DNA of 11,236 bases from Phycisphaerae bacterium (lineage in GTDB: Bacteria; Planctomycetota; Phycisphaerae; UBA1845): positions 1 through 11,236 of the forward strand of contig JAJDDS010000494.1 of assembly GCA_029260195.1 (NCBI GenBank), given 5' to 3'. Every line of letters begins with the position of its first letter. Position 1 is the stretch's first letter. Below the pieces are notes generated by a model that was not told the origin of the DNA, did no database searches, and worked only from the letters and a program-made list of their open reading frames with translations. This document shows positions 1 through 5,766 of this stretch, in pieces. The translations under genes were made by a program, and so were the position numbers.

Positions 1-52
1 GCTGTCCGCGTCGTCCATCGCGGATAAACTCGCGCTCCCGAAGGAACTCGTG

Positions 53-802
53 ATGGCCGCCATCGCCCAAGAGGCCGCCGCCGATCCGGAGTTGCAGGCC
101 ACGCGGAAAACGAACGACGTGTTTCTGTACCGTGGAGCTGCGACGCCTGCCCTGGAGAAAATGTCGATGAATGTCGTGGACCGTATCCGTAAGCTGTTCT
201 CCAGCGAGGGCGGCGAAGCCGAGAAAATCAACCTGCTCTCCGAACGTCGTGCCCAGCTCGCACAACGGCGCGATCGTCTGTATGGGGACATCGGCAAGCT
301 CGAATCCAAAGAGGCCGACCTGCTCAAAGAGGGGCGCGAAAACAAATCTCAGGTTGCCAGGCGGCGGTTGGCTGCTCAGTTGGGACAGCTTCGTAAGGAC
401 ATCGGCCGTCAAAACACGACGACCAACATGCTCAACCAGCAGATCAACATCATCAGCACGGACATTCACAATCTGACGCTGATCCAGCAAGGCAACCTCG
501 CCCAACTGCCAAGCACCGAGGAACTGACCGAAAACGCGGTGCAGGCCGAGGAGATGCTCGAGTCGTTGAAGGTCGACGCCGACATGGTCAGCAGTCTGGA
601 GACCGGACTGTCCGAAGTTTCCACCAGCGACGAAGAACTCGCCATCCTGAAGGAATTCGAGGAGTCCGACCCGCCGCGGAAGGTGGCGGAAGCGGATAAA
701 CCGACGCGCGTCGACTCCGTATTCGAACCGCCCGCGCCCGAACCGGAGTTACCCGACGCGCCCAACTCGTCTCGCGAGAAGGCGGACCCCGAAGCGATCT
801 AG
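53..802 (+). CDS. Snf7/ESCRT-III-like coiled-coil protein A. ATG at 53 has an AAGGAA RBS 6 nt upstream, but the frame is open to the window edge, so the gene may be 5'-truncated.
   Basis: By eye the translation aligns with yeast Snf7/CHMP4 helices a1-a4: KINLLSERRAQL vs HINLLSKKQSHL, then KEGRENKSQVARRRLAAQLGQLRKDIGRQNTTTNMLNQQINIIS vs KGNKVMAKNALKKKKTIEQLLSKVEGTMESMEQQLFSIES. Long heptad-repeat helices. The C-terminal third is strongly acidic and Pro-rich (EELAILKEFEESDPP...EPPAPEPELPDAP), giving the basic-N/acidic-C charge asymmetry typical of ESCRT-III. TAG stop at 800-802. Confidence 0.6.
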   Translation: MAAIAQEAAADPELQATRKTNDVFLYRGAATPALEKMSMNVVDRIRKLFSSEGGEAEKINLLSERRAQLAQRRDRLYGDIGKLESKEADLLKEGRENKSQVARRRLAAQLGQLRKDIGRQNTTTNMLNQQINIISTDIHNLTLIQQGNLAQLPSTEELTENAVQAEEMLESLKVDADMVSSLETGLSEVSTSDEELAILKEFEESDPPRKVAEADKPTRVDSVFEPPAPEPELPDAPNSSREKADPEAI

Positions 803-815
803 CGAGGAGTTATCC

Positions 816-1433
816 GTGCTGCAGTTGGTTGAATGGCTGACAAAACGTAAGAAGCCGTTGTCGCGGATGACGCGGTCCGAGTTGCGGCGCAAGGAGCTGA
901 TGCTCGAAAAGGACCGCACGCGGATGCTGAACCGGGTCAAGAAGCTGGCCGACGAGAAACAGGACATCTTCGCCAAGGGTGCTGATGAGAAAACGCCCGA
1001 AGTCCGGCGCGTGCTCGCTCAGGAGTTCGAGCTCAAGACCACCGAGCAGTTGATGGTCTCGCGGCAGCTCAACATACGAAGCAAGGAAGTGCTGACGGTC
1101 TCGCGGCTTCGGATGCTGCGCGAAAACGCCGATCGCGCGCAGGAGACTGGCGGTTCGCTCGGACTGATCTCCGAGGTCGATATCCTGCGGATGGGCAAGA
1201 TGATCGAGAACGACTCGATTCGTTCGGAAGCGTACTCGGAACGTCTCGACGAGATCCTCGGCGCCGGCGTCGAATCGGACCGCGAGGGCGTCGCGCTCTC
1301 CGAATCGGGACAGACCGTGATGAACATCTGGGACAGGATGGACGCCGGCGTCATCGCCGACAAGAACGAAGCCTTCGATGAGGCTGATCGGCAGGTCCGC
1401 GAGCGACAACGCGCCCCCGAGGAGCCGATATGA
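816..1433 (+). CDS. Snf7/ESCRT-III-like coiled-coil protein B
   Basis: GTG start at 816 with GAGGAG (804-809) 6 nt upstream. Basic N-terminus (KRKKPLSRMTRSELRRKELMLEKDRTRMLNRVKK), then long amphipathic helices with the spacing pattern of ESCRT-III a2/a3, then acidic C-terminal helices (DEILGAGVESDRE...DEADRQ). The stop TGA 1431-1433 overlaps the ATG of the next gene (ATGA). Confidence 0.55.
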   Translation: MLQLVEWLTKRKKPLSRMTRSELRRKELMLEKDRTRMLNRVKKLADEKQDIFAKGADEKTPEVRRVLAQEFELKTTEQLMVSRQLNIRSKEVLTVSRLRMLRENADRAQETGGSLGLISEVDILRMGKMIENDSIRSEAYSERLDEILGAGVESDREGVALSESGQTVMNIWDRMDAGVIADKNEAFDEADRQVRERQRAPEEPI

Positions 1434-1639
1434 TGAACACGTTTTCACGACCGCTGAGGCGCTCGATGGCCAATCGGCAGATCGCCGGTGTGTGCTCGGG
1501 GATTGCGGATTACTTGGGTCTGGACCCGACGGCGGTGCGCGTCGCGTATGTGTTGCTTTCCGTGTTCACCGTAGCCTTTCCGGGATTCTTGGTCTATTGC
1601 ATTCTGTGGTTGGTCATCCCGGAGCGTGAATATTACTAG
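1430..1639 (+). CDS. PspC-domain small membrane protein (phage-shock protein C family)
   Basis: RRSMANRQIAGVCSGIADYLGLDPTAVRVAYVLLSVFTVAFPGFLVYCILWLVIPE matches the PspC domain consensus (R..d.kiaGVcgGlA.yfg.dptlvR..fvll......g.l.Yl.lW...P) followed by one TM helix. The ATG overlaps the upstream stop (ATGA at 1430-1433), indicating translational coupling. Confidence 0.8.
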   Translation: MMNTFSRPLRRSMANRQIAGVCSGIADYLGLDPTAVRVAYVLLSVFTVAFPGFLVYCILWLVIPEREYY

Positions 1640-1672
1640 GCGTCCCCCGCGGGCGTTTGATGAGGCGAACGC

Positions 1673-2278
1673 ATGGGTCTTTTTAAGTCACCTGAAGAGC
1701 GGCGCATCGAGCGGGACATCAAGATCCGCCAGGGCATCCGCCGCATCGAAAAGAGCATCCGCGAGCAGGGCAAGTTCTCCGACGAGTTCATCCGCAACGC
1801 CCAGCACGCCAAGAAGATCGGCGACGACCAGCAGTACGCCTTCATCCGAAACTCGCTCAAGAAAACCGCAGCCGTCAAGAAAATCCTCGAACGCCAACTG
1901 CTCACAGTCAAGAACGCGCTGCTCATCAAGCGCCAAGCCGAAGCGTCCGCCGACTTCGCAAAGAGCATGGGACTCATGGCCAGCGAGATCGGACGCATGT
2001 TCGGCGAGACCGACCTGGTCAAGACCCAGGCTGACTGGGAGAAAGCCATGGTCCAGTCCCAGTCGAGGGAGGAGCGGATGGGCATGTTCCTGGACACCGT
2101 CGAGGACGTCGCCTCGCAGGACGTCGAGATGACCGCCTCCGACGCCATCGACGACGAGGAGATCGACCGCATGATCGAAGCCGAGACCGAGGCTGAGCAC
2201 CGCAAAGAACTCGACAAACTCGCCGGCCTCCGCGCCGAACTGAATTCCCTCAAACAGCAAGGAGAGAAGCAGAAATAG
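1673..2278 (+). CDS. Snf7/ESCRT-III-like coiled-coil protein C (CHMP1/Did2-like), with a C-terminal MIM1-like helix
   Basis: [9 protein letters not shown] N-terminus followed by a highly basic a1 ([25 protein letters not shown]). [44 protein letters not shown] resembles CHMP1 [90 protein letters not shown] resembles KVTKSMAGVVKSMDATLKTMNLEKISALMDKFEHQFETLDVQTQQMEDTM. Acidic stretch [19 protein letters not shown], then a terminal amphipathic [14 protein letters not shown]. RBS GAGG is 9 nt upstream of the ATG. Confidence 0.7.
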   Translation: [201 protein letters not shown]

Positions 2279-2307
2279 GGTCCACGATACGGTCACTGTG
2301 CGATAGC

Positions 2308-2322
2308 AGGGCACGCTGCCCT
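2308..2322 (+). terminator. Short hairpin (AGGGCA-cgc-TGCCCT) 30 nt after the stop of the third ESCRT-III-like gene; candidate weak terminator or RNA structure
   Basis: Perfect 6-bp inverted repeat with a 3-nt loop. There is no T-tract, so the terminator call is weak. Confidence 0.2.
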
Positions 2323-2344
2323 ACTCATGCCCTAATGCGACAAC

Positions 2345-3052
2345 ATGAAAGAAGAAATCCGGACAATCCGAGAACTTCTCGATCGAATAGAGTCGGGTCT
2401 CCACGTTGACGAAGAGCGGTCGTTTCAGGAGTCATTCGAGTTATTCGAGTTACCGGAGATTGTGACAAGCATTGTTGACCATCTTCAGCCTCTCCTGAGC
2501 CCATACGAATCCGCCGTGTTCTGGTACATGTTCCGCCATAGCGTTCTGGAGCATGGAGACGTGTATACTCGTGTCAGTGTCAATGGGCTGAGAAAGAGCG
2601 TCGTCAGGTCCGCTTCCGGGCAGTCGAAGAACCTGAGTCAAGAAACGGCTCGAAATACGCTGCTGGCTCTTGAAAAGAAAGGTGCAATCTCAAAGCAGGG
2701 AGACACGAACCGAGAGGGAACTCTCTACAGGGTGTATCTGCCGGAAGAAATCGACATCTGTCGCGAGCGAATGGCAGAGTATCAAGCAGAATCGCTCCCG
2801 ACGGTGGATCGCAAAAAAGAGCTCGATTACTACAACGTAAAGGAAAACAGGGCGAAGATCTTTGAACGAGATGCGTACAAGTGCCACTACTGCGGAAAAC
2901 AGCTCACAAGATTCAACGCGACGCTCGACCATCTGCAGCCGGTGACTCAGGGTGGCGATAATGCGTACGACAACCTCGTAACCGCCTGTTTGCACTGTAA
3001 TTCGCGTCGGGGATCGCGCCCCGTCATGGATTGGCTTGCGGAGAAGGAGTAG
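2345..3052 (+). CDS. HNH endonuclease with an N-terminal winged-helix domain; low-GC, apparently foreign gene
   Basis: C-terminus CHYCGKQLTRFNATLDHLQPVTQGGDNAYDNLVTACLHCNSRRGSRP is a classic HNH motif (Cys pair, catalytic His, Asn, second Cys-x2-Cys). The N-terminal region LSQETARNTLLALEKKGAISKQGDTNREGTLYRVYLP looks like a wHTH. Codon composition is visibly AT-richer (about 43% GC in the first 56 nt) than the ~65% surroundings. There is no SD upstream. Confidence 0.8.
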   Translation: MKEEIRTIRELLDRIESGLHVDEERSFQESFELFELPEIVTSIVDHLQPLLSPYESAVFWYMFRHSVLEHGDVYTRVSVNGLRKSVVRSASGQSKNLSQETARNTLLALEKKGAISKQGDTNREGTLYRVYLPEEIDICRERMAEYQAESLPTVDRKKELDYYNVKENRAKIFERDAYKCHYCGKQLTRFNATLDHLQPVTQGGDNAYDNLVTACLHCNSRRGSRPVMDWLAEKE

Positions 3053-3071
3053 GGCGGGCTTTGCCCGCCGG
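3053..3071. repeat. GC-rich hairpin repeat, copy 1 (GGCGGGC-ttt-GCCCGCC-GG), immediately after the HNH gene stop
   Basis: Perfect 7-bp stem with a 3-nt loop. The motif GCGGGC-TYY-GCCCGCCGG recurs at 3377-3395. Confidence 0.5.
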
Positions 3072-3132
3072 AACGCGTTGGCGGTTGTGCGATCGCCGAT
3101 GTCTCGAAATCGAACCGCAGTGTGAGAGAATC

Positions 3133-3375
3133 ATGCAAGCGAAGGAACTACAGTTACTCTCTCGGGCTCAGCCGTTCCGTCCGTTCGTCATTCGGTTGGC
3201 GGACGGGAGGGGCGTACCGGTGGATCATCCCGAGTTCATGGCTCTGGCGCCGACCGGGCGCAGCGCCGTAGTTTACGGAAAGGGCGGCGCGTTCGAAGTG
3301 ATCGACGTGCCCCTGGTGATAGGCCTGGAGGTACCCAACGGAAACTCCAGGATCCGTAGAAAGAAGAAGCGGTAG
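3133..3375 (+). CDS. hypothetical small protein (80 aa)
   Basis: ATG at 3133 preceded by GAGAGAA. The ORF ends with a basic tail (RIRRKKKR) at TAG 3373-3375. The longer ORF-track version (from 3031) would read through the HNH stop region and the hairpin, so the internal ATG is preferred. No recognisable family. Confidence 0.35.
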   Translation: MQAKELQLLSRAQPFRPFVIRLADGRGVPVDHPEFMALAPTGRSAVVYGKGGAFEVIDVPLVIGLEVPNGNSRIRRKKKR

Positions 3376-3376
3376 A

Positions 3377-3395
3377 GCGGGCTCCGCCCGCCGGG
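3377..3395. repeat. GC-rich hairpin repeat, copy 2 (GCGGGC-tcc-GCCCGC-CGGG), immediately after the small-ORF stop
   Basis: 6-bp perfect stem. The sequence is near-identical to copy 1, including the flanking CGG. Confidence 0.5.
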
Positions 3396-3405
3396 CAACG
3401 AAACA

Positions 3406-4056
3406 ATGCGAACGACGGTGAATCCAGGTGATATTCCGCAATGGCGCTCGTGGGAGGGGGTGCCGTTGCCTCCCCACGAGGAGATGCTCATGTTCCACAA
3501 GGACGCTGGTCCCGTTCCCGAGACGCTTCGCCGTCTCATGGCCATGCTGCAGAAGGAGAATATCGAATTCGTGGTCATCGGGGCCTTCGCCTTGGGCGCT
3601 CACCAGTATCGACGTGCAACCGAGGACGCGGACATTTGTTTGAGAGCGGCGGACATTGAACGCTTCAGGCGGGAGCTGGTCGGCACCGTCTATCAGCGCG
3701 TCGAAGGCCGCCAGCGCCGATTCTATGACCCTGACACGCAGGTTACGTTTGACCTGCTGATTTCCGGCGAATTGGCCGGCCACCGCGGGCGGAATCAGAC
3801 GATTCGTTTCCCCGACCCGTCAGAGGCGACCGTCGTGGGGGGACTGACGACCGTGTCGCTCGAGCGTCTGATTGAGCTGAAACTCGTCACGTGGCGAATC
3901 AGGGACATGGCCGACGTCATTGAGTTGATCCGCAGAAACAACTTGACCGAGGAATTCGCTGATCGGCTCCATCCGCTGGTCCGAACGCCGTATCTCGAGT
4001 GTTACGACCACAAGCTCGAAGAGGATCGACAGGATGAGGAGTATGGTGAGCACTGA
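3406..4056 (+). CDS. minimal nucleotidyltransferase-fold protein (Pol-beta superfamily; AbiEii/DUF1814-like). An alternative start at ATG 3490 has a GAGGAG RBS.
   Basis: VVIGAFALGAHQYRRATEDADICL fits the hG[GS]-x(10-13)-DxD nucleotidyltransferase signature and resembles the AbiEii GGtAL...R.S.DiD motif. A GAGGAG at 3478-3483 sits 6 nt before ATG 3490, which suggests the real N-terminus may be MFHKDAG.... Confidence 0.55.
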   Translation: MRTTVNPGDIPQWRSWEGVPLPPHEEMLMFHKDAGPVPETLRRLMAMLQKENIEFVVIGAFALGAHQYRRATEDADICLRAADIERFRRELVGTVYQRVEGRQRRFYDPDTQVTFDLLISGELAGHRGRNQTIRFPDPSEATVVGGLTTVSLERLIELKLVTWRIRDMADVIELIRRNNLTEEFADRLHPLVRTPYLECYDHKLEEDRQDEEYGEH

Positions 4057-4079
4057 TCGACCGCGCTCTGGAGCGACTC

Positions 4080-4132
4080 AAGGAGCGAGTATGAATTGTC
4101 CCGCCGGTACTTCGCGCCGGGGCGTGCGGTAG
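4080..4132 (+). promoter_or_regulatory. Perfect SD (AAGGAG, 4080-4085) plus ATG (4091) opening a 13-codon uORF (MNCPAGTSRRGVR) that stops at TAG 4130-4132, 1 nt before the GTG start of the DUF2723 gene
   Basis: Read directly: the spacing AAGGAG-5 nt-ATG is optimal. The uORF frame differs from the downstream gene. Possible leader peptide, reinitiation coupling, or a frameshifted true start. Confidence 0.3.
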
Positions 4133-4133
4133 G

Positions 4134-5741
4134 GTGGGCGCCGCCCGCGGGGTGGTGCCCGCATCGAAACAACGCGCCGTGAATCGGTTCGAGCACCATG
4201 ATGAAACAGGGTCCGAGACCGAGAGGAACCACCCATGGCCCAGGCTGACCCGCCGACAACGGACCTGCATCGCCGCGACCACGTTGCTGATCGCCGCCGT
4301 GGGGATCGCGCATCTGCCGCCCGGTGTGTGCTTCGCGGATTCGGGGGACCTGCAGGTGGCGTCGGCGACGTTGGGGATCGCCCATCCGCCGGGGTACGTC
4401 GGGTACGCCGCCGTCGGATGGTTGCTGTGCAAAGCGCTGTTTTTTCTGAAACCCGCGTATGTGGTGTCACTGGCGTGTCTGGCGTGCGTGGTACTGTCGC
4501 TTGCGATGTTGGCGGCATTGCTGGTACGCATGGGGTTGCACGTTCTCGGTGCGTGTTCGTTGTCGTTGCTGCTGGTCGCGCATCAGTCACCGCTGCAAAG
4601 CACGGTTTGGCAGAGCATGGGGTATCCAGAGGTCTACGCGCCGTCGTGGCTGCTGCTGATCGGCGCGACGCACTTGCTATTCAAATACGGTTGCGTGCAT
4701 CGGGCCGGCGCTTTGTGGACGGCGACGTTTCTTTTCGGATTTCTGGTGACGCAGCGTCCGCCGTCAGCTCTGTTCGCGCCTGGGTTTCTTCTGGCGTGGC
4801 TGTTGATCGAGCGACGACACCGCACGTCGCTGAAGCGGGCGGCGGGACTGTTCCTTGGAGGCCTGCTCTGGGCTTTGGTACCGGTGGTGCTCGTGATCGG
4901 GCTTGTCTGGACACTGGACGCGCCCGGAACGGACTACAATGGTATCGAGCAGTACGCCGAAGGCCACGGAGGTCTACCGAGTTATTCGGACGGCTATGCA
5001 GCCAAGCTACGCCGCGTGCAGTGGTTGATCACGGCGGAGCAGTTCGCCGAGTACGTGGCCACGGATCGGCATGTCGCCGCCAGCCGGCTGCGCTATATCC
5101 GGCGCGTGCTGCACCTATTCGATCGCGCGCCGTTTGCGTGCTTCCTCGTCTTGGTGTGTGCGGGCGTTTGGGTGAGTGCCCGGGGCGGCGGCGAACGAGC
5201 GGTCCTACCGTTGGGCTTGATGTTCGGGAACATCGCATTCTTGTGCATGTACCGCATCTACGGGCAGGCTGCCAATCTGTTGCCGACGGTCTTCGCCGCC
5301 GCGCTACCGGTCGGATCAGTTCTGGCGAAGTGGTTGCCGAATTCGATACGTGGCGGCCGAAGATGGTTCGCCGTAGCCATCTATACGTCGGCGTGCGTTT
5401 GGACCGTGTATCACGGCACAACGCGATACGCCTATGCCGGGCGCGCGGACGCGACGCAATTCCTGGCCGAGGTCGACCTCGCCGCGCTCCCGGGAGATTC
5501 CGTGATCTTTGCGGTCATGGCGAACTCGTGCCCCATCTGGTACGCCCGATCGGTCACTCTCGACCGCAAGGACATCGACATCGTCGTGGGGCCGACTCAT
5601 CGATGGGCCGAAGTCGCGGGACGTTACATCGATCGCCCGGTGTTCTACACGGAAGAGCGAGGAAAGGCGCCTGCGGGCTGGACGGCCGAACCGTCAGGGG
5701 TCCTCAGGCGGTTGACGCCCGATCAGAGACCCCGGGATTGA
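4134..5741 (+). CDS. DUF2723-family polytopic membrane protein (TMEM260-like; putative GT-C-fold glycosyl/mannosyltransferase)
   Basis: CFADSGDLQVASATLGIAHPPGYVGY matches the DUF2723/TMEM260 N-terminal signature (GDSGELxxAAxxLGVAHPPGYPLF). It is followed by more than 8 predicted TM helices. The start is uncertain (GTG 4134/4152/4155). The overlapping 4235..5770 ORF in another frame is Arg-rich high-GC noise. Confidence 0.8.
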   Translation: MGAARGVVPASKQRAVNRFEHHDETGSETERNHPWPRLTRRQRTCIAATTLLIAAVGIAHLPPGVCFADSGDLQVASATLGIAHPPGYVGYAAVGWLLCKALFFLKPAYVVSLACLACVVLSLAMLAALLVRMGLHVLGACSLSLLLVAHQSPLQSTVWQSMGYPEVYAPSWLLLIGATHLLFKYGCVHRAGALWTATFLFGFLVTQRPPSALFAPGFLLAWLLIERRHRTSLKRAAGLFLGGLLWALVPVVLVIGLVWTLDAPGTDYNGIEQYAEGHGGLPSYSDGYAAKLRRVQWLITAEQFAEYVATDRHVAASRLRYIRRVLHLFDRAPFACFLVLVCAGVWVSARGGGERAVLPLGLMFGNIAFLCMYRIYGQAANLLPTVFAAALPVGSVLAKWLPNSIRGGRRWFAVAIYTSACVWTVYHGTTRYAYAGRADATQFLAEVDLAALPGDSVIFAVMANSCPIWYARSVTLDRKDIDIVVGPTHRWAEVAGRYIDRPVFYTEERGKAPAGWTAEPSGVLRRLTPDQRPRD

Positions 5742-5766
5742 ACGGGCACGGCTCTGTGAGTCACCA

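Noticed and set aside
171-1448. Antisense and off-frame ORFs over the first two ESCRT-III-like genes (171..476 +, 466..765 -, 749..976 -, 810..1448 -, 1019..1363 -)
   Set aside because: Low-complexity S/R-rich products with no start context. The sense frames are clearly coding.
53-2278. Annotating the three coiled-coil proteins simply as PspA/IM30 because of the adjacent PspC domain
   Set aside because: By eye the helix spacing, the acidic C-terminal tails and specific segments (HINLLSKKQSHL-like, CHMP1-like a2-a4) fit Snf7/CHMP better than PspA/Vipp1. Both belong to the same superfamily, however, and the distinction must be settled by profile comparison.
1626-2314. Three overlapping ORFs (1626..2132 +, 1636..2253 -, 1688..2314 -) across the third ESCRT-III-like gene
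   Set aside because: Ser/Arg/Pro-rich or Leu/Gly/Asp-rich junk translations. The 1673..2278 frame has an RBS, a heptad coiled-coil periodicity and a clear family resemblance.
3031-3375. 114-aa ORF starting inside the HNH gene
   Set aside because: The upstream part would be translated through the HNH stop region and the GC hairpin. The internal ATG at 3133 with a purine-rich upstream stretch was preferred, though even that small gene is low-confidence.
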